Shown here: positions 39,325 through 48,648 of the stretch, one piece after another | Layout: each line of letters opens with the position of its first letter | How positions within the stretch are numbered: the first letter of the stretch is position 1 | NCBI GenBank assembly: GCA_963667175.2 | Contig: CAXXXF010000018.1 | Location: 224,001 to 288,000 of the forward strand | Reading direction: 5' to 3' | Length of the DNA: 64,000 nucleotides | Source of the DNA: Candidatus Latescibacterota bacterium | Lineage (GTDB): Bacteria > Latescibacterota > UBA2968 > GCA-2709665 | Position numbers and translations under genes: made by a program | Notes under the pieces: model-generated | The model's database searches: none | The model's input: only the letters and a program-made list of their open reading frames with translations | Told to the model about the DNA's origin: nothing

Positions 39325-40640
39325 TCGCCCAGAATCTCCAGTCGAGTGATACGCGCTTCAAGAACGGACCACTCCGGCAGGTCAAGCCCGTTCTCTTTGG
39401 CCTCTGAGATCGCGGTGTGCGCTTTCTCGAAGGTTCCTTGCGCAATCAAGTTTTCAACTGATTGAATGGCAGCCATCGCCTCCTTCGGTCGGTCATCGGC
39501 CTCCATGAGGTGGCGCAGTATCCAGTTTGAGTCCATGCCAAGGCTGCGGTCCGGATGGACAATTTCACCAGGTGCCAAGGGGTGAACCTGATCGGGCTCG
39601 ACGGACGCCACGACCTGCGGCGAGTGAGTCGTCGCGATGAACTGGCAGTTTGGAAACGTCGCGGTCAGGTTATGGACGATTTGCCTCTGCCATTTGGGGT
39701 GAAGATGCAACTCCAATTCGTCAATCAGGACGACCGCATGACCTTCACTCAGGGGATCATCTAGTGATGGATTCGCCTGGGATAATCGTCGAGCGATGTC
39801 AAGGACCAAGGCCAACAACCCACGCTCACCATCCGATAATTTCCGTACATCAAGAGTAGTTCCATCGTGGTCGACTAAGAGGCGAGGTGTTTCTTCGTCA
39901 GTTGGTCGAAGATTCTCATAGGTCGGCAGGAATCTTTCAACCGTCGATCGTAGCACCTCTATGTTTCGCTTTACCGCGGAATTCTCCACAGCAAGAATCG
40001 CCTGTGCACGCATCCAATGGGCAAAGTGTGATACATACATCGGTCGGGATACAAGGGCACCGGCGTAAGCCACTGCCATACCACCAGTTGCCATAGACTC
40101 GGTTGGACGGCGAGAAGAGAACACGGAGCGATCGGTAGAGAAGAACACGCCGTTGGGAGCCACCCGAGAGGTGTAGGCGGCGGCAGCGAAATCAGCTTCA
40201 GACGGCAGGAGGAAATCGGAATCATAAACTCCGTGAGATTCATCAAGCTCACGCAACGGCTTTACCGCCCGGTCGCGTAATCGCTCAGACTCCAAAATCT
40301 TCCTTTGGAGATTCTTTAAATTCTCTTCACTGTCAGCCGCGATCGGCTCCCTCCATTGACGCCGCGTAAAATGGAAATCTTCCTCGTTTATCGTCAGTGA
40401 CAGTTCGGCATCCAGGAACGGGAAGTCGCTTCTTATGTCTTCAATCTCAAAGGAAATCGGCTTCGCGCGAGGTTTCGGCCAACTTCTGAGTATTCTAGAT
40501 TGACAAATGCGCAACGCGTCCAAAACAGTGGTTTTCCCAACGCCGTTAACGCCGACGATCAGGTTGAATCCCGGCTGAAATAGAAATTCAGCATTTTCAA
40601 TTGCACGCAGGTTGGTTATTTTGAGACGCGTGAGAATCAT
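39321..40640 (-). CDS. ABC/AAA ATPase, PtuA-like
   Basis: GVNGVGKTT, LSDGE, VLIDELELHLHPKWQ and QFIATTHSP motifs. ATGA overlap with hsdS. Confidence 0.88.
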   Translation of the reverse strand: MILTRLKITNLRAIENAEFLFQPGFNLIVGVNGVGKTTVLDALRICQSRILRSWPKPRAKPISFEIEDIRSDFPFLDAELSLTINEEDFHFTRRQWREPIAADSEENLKNLQRKILESERLRDRAVKPLRELDESHGVYDSDFLLPSEADFAAAAYTSRVAPNGVFFSTDRSVFSSRRPTESMATGGMAVAYAGALVSRPMYVSHFAHWMRAQAILAVENSAVKRNIEVLRSTVERFLPTYENLRPTDEETPRLLVDHDGTTLDVRKLSDGERGLLALVLDIARRLSQANPSLDDPLSEGHAVVLIDELELHLHPKWQRQIVHNLTATFPNCQFIATTHSPQVVASVEPDQVHPLAPGEIVHPDRSLGMDSNWILRHLMEADDRPKEAMAAIQSVENLIAQGTFEKAHTAISEAKENGLDLPEWSVLEARITRLEILGE

Positions 40641-41833
40641 GCGACGTTTCCTATATCCAGGCGCCCGGTAATTGCCGCTGAGATTAATGCGGAGCGACGC
40701 TCCTTGATCAACGAGATGGCGTTCTTCACTACGGACTGGAGTGAGTCGAGCTGCTCGATAGAAGTGGCTATCTTCCCCAGGATGACCGCCTGCTCCTTGA
40801 CCGGAGGAACCGGCACGCGCAGATTTCCGATCTCTTCGCACGTCAGCGCGCCTTTGGTTCCGCCAGCATCATCGCTGATGCTTCTAAGAAAATCGTATGC
40901 GGCAGATAATGTCCATTTCAAGAACCAAGGCAGAAGACGAGACGGGTTCGGATGAATAAATGCAAGGTGCTGATTGATGGTCGCATCGAATGAGAGAACG
41001 GCAGCCCGTCCCCTCGTTTTCCCTTGGCCAGTGATCGCCACGAGAACACTACCGCTCTTTACTTGGGGCAAGTGACATTCGTGAGCAGCTAGCTCAGTCA
41101 CGAATTGATCCGCGTGGGTGACTTCGGGGTGATTCACGACACTGCTGTTGAGCCACGGAATCCTGCCTTTATTCCAATACGCAGCATTGTTGCGGCTGGG
41201 CGTAGACCCGTTCCCGACCTCTGCGAGGTGTCCGACTTTCCAGGTTTCCCAATGCGCTGGAATCTTGCCCAGCCAGGGGATACCAGAGTCCCCTAGCAGG
41301 ACGTTTGGCTCGACGCCACGGGTGATGGCGCGGGTGATGAGTGCACGGCGTTTTTCGGCCAGCAGGGCCAGTAGCTTCTCCTTTTCCGCGATTAGCGCAT
41401 CGATCCGCGCCGTCTCGCGGTCGAGGTAATCCGCGATGGCGCGCTGTCGGGGCAGAGGCGGGACAAGCGCGTCTTTGGCGTATGCTGTTTCACGATTAAG
41501 GCCCGGAACTGCAGCTTCGTCTGTTCCTTCATCAAGCCGCAAAGTTTGAAGAAGCCAGTAGAGCCAGCGCAAGTGGTTCCGACTAGTGGATTTGTCAATG
41601 AAGAAGGTCGTATCGGATGCGAAGCAAGATTCCGCTGTCCAGTTGACCTTGCCATAGGAGCCTTTTCGTCCTATGACGATCGCTGGTGATCCAGTGTTGG
41701 CCCTTGAGGTATATCCAAATGGTCCGTTGGAACCAAACACACGGAAGCCACCATTTTGTGGTTCATCACGCGGCAATGTTTCTCCATACCCCAATCGAGC
41801 AACATATTTCAGCTTCACCCTTGGCCACATCAC
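40637..41833 (-). CDS. hsdS: Type I R-M specificity subunit
   Basis: Two TRDs with conserved helices PPLPRQRAIADYLD...EKRRALITRAIT and PPVKEQ...ERRSALISAAITG; SGIPWLGKIPAHW. Confidence 0.93.
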   Translation of the reverse strand: MMWPRVKLKYVARLGYGETLPRDEPQNGGFRVFGSNGPFGYTSRANTGSPAIVIGRKGSYGKVNWTAESCFASDTTFFIDKSTSRNHLRWLYWLLQTLRLDEGTDEAAVPGLNRETAYAKDALVPPLPRQRAIADYLDRETARIDALIAEKEKLLALLAEKRRALITRAITRGVEPNVLLGDSGIPWLGKIPAHWETWKVGHLAEVGNGSTPSRNNAAYWNKGRIPWLNSSVVNHPEVTHADQFVTELAAHECHLPQVKSGSVLVAITGQGKTRGRAAVLSFDATINQHLAFIHPNPSRLLPWFLKWTLSAAYDFLRSISDDAGGTKGALTCEEIGNLRVPVPPVKEQAVILGKIATSIEQLDSLQSVVKNAISLIKERRSALISAAITGRLDIGNVA

Positions 41834-43815
41834 GCCGTCACCTCCCTAAGCAGCCGGATGATTTTCTCTTCGGCCTGCTTCAGATCCGCGTCGATCTCCT
41901 CCAGCGGTCGGGGTGGCGTGTGCTTGTTGAAGTGCCGGTTGAAGTTGATCTCGTACCCGACCTTGTCCTTGCTTCTGTCCATCCAGGCTTCGGGCACATG
42001 GGGGAGGACCTCACGCTCGAAGTAGGCGTCGACGTCCTCAGCGAGCGGCACATTCTCGAAGTCTCGGAGTTCGGCGTCGGGCTCGTATTCGTTCTCTCGG
42101 CCATCCTTCCTGACCGGTTCGCCGTCCGGATCTTTAACGGTGAAGACGTCTCGGAAGAGCCTCTGTTCTACCTTCTTCCAGCGCGATTGGCGCTTATACA
42201 GGAGAGCGCTGATATTTCCCCAGGTCGCATTCCAGTCGCGCATGGGCTCGCGTCCCAACACTTTATCGATGTCCTGGACGTCATCCAGCAGGTACGGACA
42301 CGCGTCCAGGAAACGCGCTTTGTCTTCAAAGGTCATCTGGTAGCGTAGGCGCAGAGGGCGCTCCACGGTCACGCGATTATAGCCGAAGTCCTCGTTGTCG
42401 AAAATCTTCGAGCGATCACATTCCTCGAACCGACCGTAAAGTCGCACAATTTCCCCGGCATGTTCAGCGCTGATGTGCCGGCGTTTGTCGCCCAGACTGC
42501 GTCTGTTGTCGTCGCTTCCGCCGGCTGTCCACATCTCGCGGGCGTCGACCAGTTGAATCTTCCCGGTTCGGTTATCTTCCTTGCGGTTGGTGACAATCCA
42601 GATATACGTACCGATGCCCGTATTGTAGAACATCTGCTCAGGCAGGGCGATGATGGCCTCCAGCCAGTCATTTTCGATTATCCACTTGCGAATGTCGCTT
42701 TCGCCGGATCCGGCGCCGCCGGTGAAGAGGGGCGAGCCGCTGAACACAATCGCAAGGCGAGACCCATGCTTGTGCTCCTCCGGACGCAAGGGTTCGAACT
42801 TTCGGACCATGTGCTGCAGGAAAAGCATCGATCCATCGTTTACGCGGGGCAGTCCTGCGCCGAAACGGCCCGCGAAACCAAGCTTTTCGTGCTCATTGCG
42901 CACCTCGTTGCGTTGTTTCTTCCAGTCCACGCCGAAGGGGGGATTCGTAAGAAAGTAGTCAAAGGTCTCTCCGTCGAACTGGTCTTGCGTCAAACTGTCG
43001 CCGAATCGGACGTTGTCACCGCCGCCGTCGTGGTCGACCTGCTTCATCAGCGTGTCTGAAGCGGCTGTGGCAAAGGCGCGCTGGTTGTAATCCTGTCCGT
43101 AGACGTACAACCGCGCGGCACTGTGGTGCTCCCGCTGGTAGTTCTGCGCTTCGGCCAACATGCCGCCCGTGCCGCAGGCGGGGTCGAGCAGCTTGCGCAC
43201 GACGCCTGGCGTCGCGAGAAGCTCATCGTCGTTAATGAACAGAATGTTCACCATCAGTCTGATAACGTCACGTGGCGTGAAGTGATCGCCCGCGGTCTCG
43301 TTTGCCAGTTCATTGAACCGACGGATCAGATGCTCGAAGAGCAGCCCCATCTGCTCGTTGGGAACCCGGTCCGGGTGCAGATCCACGTCACAGAACTTTG
43401 AGACGATCATATAGAGGAGGTTGGCCTCTCGCATCTTCTCGATTTCAGTCTCGAACTCGAAGTACTCGAAGATGTCGCGCACGTTTTTCGAGAACCCATG
43501 GATGTAACTGACAAGGTGTTGGGCGACGTTGTCCGGGTCGCCCTTGAGTTTCTCAAAGTTTAGCGGTGAGCGGTTGTGGAAACGCTCATTGGCGGCCCTG
43601 TTCAACCTGGCTTCGAGCGCGCGACCCCTGAACCTGCCGCGAGAGCGTTCGTACTCAGCGAGCACGCCGGACCTGGTCGGTTCGAGCACGCAGTCGAACC
43701 GTCGAAGCACGGTCATGGGCAACATCACGCGCTCGTACTGCGGCGGCCGATACGGCCCACGCAGCAGGTCGGCGATGTGCCAGATCAGGTTCGCGAAGTA
43801 GCTGTGGTCAGGCAT
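41830..43815 (-). CDS. hsdM: Type I R-M methyltransferase subunit
   Basis: IWHIADLLRG, GDHFTPRDV, DPACGTGG, NPPF and FYNTGI motifs. Confidence 0.96.
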   Translation of the reverse strand: MPDHSYFANLIWHIADLLRGPYRPPQYERVMLPMTVLRRFDCVLEPTRSGVLAEYERSRGRFRGRALEARLNRAANERFHNRSPLNFEKLKGDPDNVAQHLVSYIHGFSKNVRDIFEYFEFETEIEKMREANLLYMIVSKFCDVDLHPDRVPNEQMGLLFEHLIRRFNELANETAGDHFTPRDVIRLMVNILFINDDELLATPGVVRKLLDPACGTGGMLAEAQNYQREHHSAARLYVYGQDYNQRAFATAASDTLMKQVDHDGGGDNVRFGDSLTQDQFDGETFDYFLTNPPFGVDWKKQRNEVRNEHEKLGFAGRFGAGLPRVNDGSMLFLQHMVRKFEPLRPEEHKHGSRLAIVFSGSPLFTGGAGSGESDIRKWIIENDWLEAIIALPEQMFYNTGIGTYIWIVTNRKEDNRTGKIQLVDAREMWTAGGSDDNRRSLGDKRRHISAEHAGEIVRLYGRFEECDRSKIFDNEDFGYNRVTVERPLRLRYQMTFEDKARFLDACPYLLDDVQDIDKVLGREPMRDWNATWGNISALLYKRQSRWKKVEQRLFRDVFTVKDPDGEPVRKDGRENEYEPDAELRDFENVPLAEDVDAYFEREVLPHVPEAWMDRSKDKVGYEINFNRHFNKHTPPRPLEEIDADLKQAEEKIIRLLREVTA

Positions 43816-43879
43816 GGGTAAAATCGACTATAGATTTGGTTGCGATTTTCGTTTTGGTTTAACGATGTTCACAAGAGGC

Positions 43880-43965
43880 CGCCGCCAGGACGGCTTCGCG
43901 CGAGACCGACGGATAGCTCAATCTAATCTAATCGGGATCCAGACCGGAAGCCAGATTGTCCAGAA
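43880..43965 (-). promoter_or_regulatory. 86-bp upstream module, copy 1 (putative promoter of hsdM)
   Basis: Gapless diverged repeat of 54049-54134. The minus strand has TGGCTT-N17-TAGATT. Confidence 0.55.
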
Positions 43966-44050
43966 CCTCAGTCCCTACGTGCCAATATAGGGTGAGACAA
44001 CTTCCCCTTCGAGATTAATGTCGTATCATGGGCGGAGAGGAGAACAAGAG

Positions 44051-44518
44051 ATGAGGTCAAGGACCGATGTTGTAGGCAACGGCAGCAAGGGGTCTCTGGT
44101 TGTGGAGGTCCCGCGCGGGACCTCCACAACCACGAGGCCGGATCCGGAAGTGCCGGCGCGTGCGCGGCGTCGCCGTTTCACGGCAAAGTACAAGCTTCGC
44201 ATCTTGGAAGAGGCCGATGCGTGTCGCGCTCCTGGTGAAGTCGGCGCGCTGCTGCGCCGCGAGGGACTGTATTCCTCGCAGTTGACGCAGTGGCGTCGTG
44301 CGCGTCGCGAGGGGTCGCTCAAGGCGCTGTCGAAGCTGCGGGGACCGCAAGGGCGTCGCCGCGACGAGGTGGCCGTCGAGAACGAGCAACTGCGCAAGGA
44401 GATCGCCCGTTTGCGACGACGATTGGAACAGGCGAACACGATCCTCGAGATCCAAAAAAAAGCCTCCGAGATCCTGGGCATCCCCCTGAACCCGCCAGCA
44501 GGCGACGACGACGTATGA
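44051..44518 (+). CDS. IS3-family transposase OrfA (HTH)
   Basis: RRRFTAKYKLRIL...LLRREGLYSSQLTQWR plus a leucine-zipper-like segment. Confidence 0.9.
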   Translation: MRSRTDVVGNGSKGSLVVEVPRGTSTTTRPDPEVPARARRRRFTAKYKLRILEEADACRAPGEVGALLRREGLYSSQLTQWRRARREGSLKALSKLRGPQGRRRDEVAVENEQLRKEIARLRRRLEQANTILEIQKKASEILGIPLNPPAGDDDV

Positions 44519-45528
44519 TACGGGCGGCAGAACAACTGGCCCCGAAGGTCGGGTTGGCTTCCGCGTGCCGGGCCCTGGGTGTGGCGCGGGCTTCGGTCTA
44601 CCGTGCGCGTCAGCCAGCCCAACGCGGGCCTCGTGGCGCCCGGTCCTCGTCGCCACGTGCGCTTTCCCAAAACGAGCGCGCTACCGTGCTGGACATCCTG
44701 CACGAGGACCGCTTCGTAGACCAGGCGCCACCGGCAGTCTACGCCGCGCTGCTCGAGGAAGGGCGGTATGTCTGCTCGATCCGGACCATGTACCGTCTGC
44801 TGCACGATGCAGGAGAGGTGCCCCAGCGGCGACACCAGCGGCGTCATCCACGTCTGGAACCGCCCCGCTTGATGGCGGATGCGCCCAACCAGGTCTGGAC
44901 ATGGGATATCACGCGGCTGCCAGGAACCCGCAAGTGGGAAACCTATCCCCTCTACGTCGTACTGGATCTGTTCTCACGCTATGTCGTGGCCTGGATGGTC
45001 GCCACAAGGGAAAGCGCCACATACGCCAAGCGCCTGATCACCAACGCCTGCAACAAGCAGGGCATTCAACCCGGACAACTGACGCTGCACCAGGACCGCG
45101 GCGCACCCATGACAGCCAAGACGTTTTCGCAGTTGCTGATGGACCTCGACATCCTGGCCAGCTACGCTCGACCCCGCGTCTCCGATGACAACCCGTATTC
45201 CGAAAGCCAGTTCAAAACGCTCAAATACGCGCCTTCATACCCCGGGCGCTTCACCGGTCCGCAAGAAGCCCGTACCTATTTACAGACCTTCTTTTCCTGG
45301 TACAACACGCAACACCGGCACAGTGGACTGGGCTTACTCACGCCCGACACCGTCCACCATGGGCTCACACAGCAGGTGCAAGCCGCCAGACAATCGGTGC
45401 TGGATCAGGCTTATCACAACCACCCTGAACGATTTGTTAAGGGGCATCCTCGACCACCACACGTTCCGGACCAAGTCTGGATTAACCAACCACAGAACAC
45501 CATCGAATGCCAACAACTGCTACACTAA
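44515..45528 (+). CDS. IS3-family transposase OrfB (DDE/rve)
   Basis: NQVWTWDIT, LDLFSR, HQDRG, DNPYSESQFKTLK and YNTQHRHS motifs. Confidence 0.93.
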   Translation: MIRAAEQLAPKVGLASACRALGVARASVYRARQPAQRGPRGARSSSPRALSQNERATVLDILHEDRFVDQAPPAVYAALLEEGRYVCSIRTMYRLLHDAGEVPQRRHQRRHPRLEPPRLMADAPNQVWTWDITRLPGTRKWETYPLYVVLDLFSRYVVAWMVATRESATYAKRLITNACNKQGIQPGQLTLHQDRGAPMTAKTFSQLLMDLDILASYARPRVSDDNPYSESQFKTLKYAPSYPGRFTGPQEARTYLQTFFSWYNTQHRHSGLGLLTPDTVHHGLTQQVQAARQSVLDQAYHNHPERFVKGHPRPPHVPDQVWINQPQNTIECQQLLH

Positions 45529-45688
45529 ACCCCAACGGGAGGTGTCTCATTTCTATTGACACGTTCCGAGTCACCAGGACTCGCGTACCGGCGATGCACG
45601 CGATGTTTTCAAAAAACGCTTGACAAGGTATACACAAATAATGATCATTAATTATGAATAATAATGATATATAACCAAGGAGACTTTC

Positions 45689-46249
45689 GTGCTCAAAACG
45701 ATTGAAATTCCAACTTTTAGTCAAACGTGGATAAATTCCACCACACCTTTAATACGAAAAAAAAATGACGTACAACAACAAATGAATGAATTATTGGAAG
45801 AACCTGTTAGAGAAATAATACGAAACTTTCATGATTTAAATGACTCTTTAAAGCAAGGAATAAAAAAGGAGTTTGAATTTTATCAACGTCTTAAGACTTT
45901 TGATGATAACACAATCCAACAATTAAATGTAGATAAGCGGGAATTTGCCAGGTTAGATAATGTTTATGTTAATTTAAAAAATAGACAATCCCAATATAAA
46001 GAATTTAAGAATAATGTGATTGATACTATTGCTGAATTACAGTCTATCATAAAGGCAACACCAGCTCTATGGAAAGAATCAACACAATTAAACAAGGTAA
46101 AACGTAATATTAATCGAAATCTAAATCACATAATAGCCTTATCACAAGAATCAAGTTGGATCTTATCCATAATTATCGATACTCAATGCTCAGAGCGTAG
46201 TGACGTATATGACTCCGCCCATAAGGCACTAGAAGCCTTGTGGGAGTAA
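45689..46249 (+). CDS. AT-rich coiled-coil hypothetical protein, putative antitoxin
   Basis: RBS AAGGAG before GTG; lies directly upstream of a RelE-like gene. Confidence 0.6.
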   Translation: MLKTIEIPTFSQTWINSTTPLIRKKNDVQQQMNELLEEPVREIIRNFHDLNDSLKQGIKKEFEFYQRLKTFDDNTIQQLNVDKREFARLDNVYVNLKNRQSQYKEFKNNVIDTIAELQSIIKATPALWKESTQLNKVKRNINRNLNHIIALSQESSWILSIIIDTQCSERSDVYDSAHKALEALWE

Positions 46250-46254
46250 CACAG

Positions 46255-46548
46255 ATGCTGCATAAACCTCTGGAGTCATTAAATCAAATTGCCTTTAGTC
46301 CTCGGGTGAAAAAACAACTACGCAAGTTACGCAGTCATATTGAAGGAACATTCGATAAAGCCTTATACGAACTACAGACAGGAGAACTATCTAACGGTCG
46401 TGAATTTAAGAAAGATCAATTCTTCTATACGATTCGATTAAATGATAATTATCGAATTGCTTTTACTATCGAAAAAGAAATACTACATATAAGATGCGTC
46501 GGCCCACATTCAACTATTGATCGCTATAGAAAAATTGGTGAATTATAG
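46255..46548 (+). CDS. RelE/ParE-superfamily toxin-like protein
   Basis: IAFSPRVKKQLRKL...FYTIRLNDNYRIAF...IRCVGPH pattern; RBS GGGAG. Confidence 0.75.
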   Translation: MLHKPLESLNQIAFSPRVKKQLRKLRSHIEGTFDKALYELQTGELSNGREFKKDQFFYTIRLNDNYRIAFTIEKEILHIRCVGPHSTIDRYRKIGEL

Positions 46549-46705
46549 ACCATAATTAAATAAACCCCCCCAGAACCCCCGCCACAGATCCGCCTCCTCC
46601 CGCCAATAAAACTGATAACCCGCCTCTGGCAGATACTGTTCCGCCATTCCTCACTGTATCGGTGGTGAGTATCATACGCTTGACCTGCACCGCCTAACTT
46701 AATAT

Positions 46706-47029
46706 TTACTTGTGAAATTGACCACTAGGTTGTTTTCTCCATAGATCGTCCTGGGCGAATTGCTCGTGGGCGGTATCGCCGAGTCTCGGCGCCTCAAGCT
46801 GAATAACTGTCGAACCTGATTCCAGTCCAGTAATTGTAAAGTCGATCGAAGCGCCCAACCACGGTGGCCTCGCTCCCTTCCCCACGCCAACACCAGTGGC
46901 TATCAGGCGGGTGGCTCGCTCTGCGGTCGTGAGGAGGGCAGCCGTCACCCGGCGAAGGGTCGTCATTCTGATCTGCCCTTCGCCTTCTCTAAGACCACTG
47001 ATGCGGAGTTGATAGCGTTCTGTCTTCAT
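46706..47029 (-). pseudogene. Hypothetical protein, probably a truncated N-terminal fragment
   Basis: YQLRISG...ATRL...ITGLESGSTVIQLEAP, then ends at a junction with AT-rich sequence. Confidence 0.5.
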
Positions 47030-47349
47030 GGCGGTGTTCACCTTTGTTGTGTGCCGTTCTATAGCTCAGGTTCGGCAGCTTTGTAGTTTCGCGCTTTGTA
47101 TTCGCCCAAGAGTCTCGATACAAGCTGCGATGTGTTCAAAAAACGATCCCGTAGCTGACCTTTTCCCAGATCCGGTCCAACCAGGAGTCGGTCAGATCCG
47201 GCTGTACCGCCAGATCAGTCATCGGGCATAATTTGTGAAGACGTCACGAGAACGTCAAATGTTCCGGCTTACGTCTTTCCGGGCATTCATTTCAGCAAGG
47301 ATAGGCGTTCTCAATTGTCGAAATATATAAGCCGAAAAAGACTACCCAT

Positions 47350-48648
47350 CTACAACCTTGTATTTAGGCCAGCCCTGATCGCCTTCTCTAACGCCGCGCA
47401 AAACCTTTCGTAATCCCGTAGGGATATCGGCCGATAGTGTGCCACTGCATTGCGGAGCTGGCGCGAATGGTGTACAAGTGGAAGCCATCGCTGTTCTACC
47501 TGTATATTAGGACATTTCTGCAGCAGATATTCCAAGTGTCCCCACTGACAGGCAAACGGCGTCTCTCTTACTTCCTGGCATTCTGTTTCTGTATCCGGCT
47601 CCTGCCATTTGTAAGGCCAATTCAATCCGTACGACCGGTTCAGATGAGTACATAGCACCAATCTAATCTCGTCAATCTCAGCCAGTAGGAATCCCGCTTG
47701 ACCTCGCCACAATCGATGATCCAATGTTTCCTTTTGATCCAATAGAGCTAAGACTGCGCTATGGCGTTCCAGCCCATATTCCGGAGTCCAATGGACCATT
47801 CCCCGAGCCCAAATCTTATACATTGAATTTGGTAATGCCCAATCCTCTTGCCAAAGTGTGGGATTTCGAGAATGGCTATGTAAAGGCCAATCCTCCAATT
47901 CCGTCCGATCCCATCCACGTTGCTGACCATAAGCCCGCAGTAGGTGCGCTAATTCCGCTCTATCGCTATACACTTGAGACCAAAGATAATCTGCCAAATC
48001 TATATCAGAGCCCGCAATGGCCGGAATCGTGTGCTCTTTCCATCGGCTTAAGGGACCGGTATCCTGATCGGATGCCAGGCGACACAGGAGTCGCATCTCC
48101 AATGTCGTGGGGATGCCTCTCCAAGGACGGATAGAAAGGAATACATTAGTTTCGGGAAGTGGGTAATGTACTTGAGACGCATGGGCTATCAAACAAAACG
48201 CCGGGAAGATTTCGACTCCATCTTCGTCGGTGGAGTGCATTCCTTGACAAACCTGCGCCCACTGCACCACAAAGCGAAGCCACTTTACTCGATCTTCTTC
48301 TTCCAGTTGATCAAACCCATCGAGAAACAGGATTTCCGGCAAGTCTGCTCGTTTCAGTAGATTCTCAACTGTCCTCGGCGTGGAGGATGCACCCCAATCT
48401 ACTCCGAGAGCCTGGCCCAAAGCTGCAGCCGGCGTTTGGACGTCTAACTGTGATATGAGGATCTGGTCAATCTGTAAGTGCCAGTGGTCGAGTCCTTCCC
48501 TCAAGGCCAACCGCAACATACTTGGATCGATACCATCGGGAAACAGAACCAAAACACTTCGGGCATGCCGTAAGTCGTCCTGTATCAGTTCCAACAAATG
48601 CCGGACGGTCGGCAGTTGCATCATGTAGGTGGTCAGTTCCAAGCTCAT
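47350..48648 (-). CDS. Degenerate P-loop/STAND-like protein with a C-terminal HEPN-like Rx4H motif
   Basis: ILFLDGFD Walker-B-like strand without a Walker A Lys; LRNAVAH at 47437-47457 near the C-terminus; 4-nt overlap with the upstream gene. Confidence 0.65.
   Translation of the reverse strand: MSLELTTYMMQLPTVRHLLELIQDDLRHARSVLVLFPDGIDPSMLRLALREGLDHWHLQIDQILISQLDVQTPAAALGQALGVDWGASSTPRTVENLLKRADLPEILFLDGFDQLEEEDRVKWLRFVVQWAQVCQGMHSTDEDGVEIFPAFCLIAHASQVHYPLPETNVFLSIRPWRGIPTTLEMRLLCRLASDQDTGPLSRWKEHTIPAIAGSDIDLADYLWSQVYSDRAELAHLLRAYGQQRGWDRTELEDWPLHSHSRNPTLWQEDWALPNSMYKIWARGMVHWTPEYGLERHSAVLALLDQKETLDHRLWRGQAGFLLAEIDEIRLVLCTHLNRSYGLNWPYKWQEPDTETECQEVRETPFACQWGHLEYLLQKCPNIQVEQRWLPLVHHSRQLRNAVAHYRPISLRDYERFCAALEKAIRAGLNTRL

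Larger units (their letters stand above)
43980..45561 (+). mobile_element. IS3-family insertion sequence
   Basis: Imperfect TG...CA inverted ends (TGCCAATATAGGGTGAGACA / TGTCTCATTTCTATTGACA); orfA+orfB; A8G slippery run at 44454-44462. Exact ends uncertain by a few bp; no clear target-site duplication. Confidence 0.88.

Noticed and set aside
38614-40640. Retron (Ec78-like) system
   Set aside because: No reverse transcriptase (no YADD-type ORF) and no room for an msr-msd; the genes overlap hsdS directly.
45620-45665. Defined sigma70 promoter for the AT-rich pair
   Set aside because: TTGACA is present but there is no good -10 at 16-18 bp spacing, so it was not listed as a feature.
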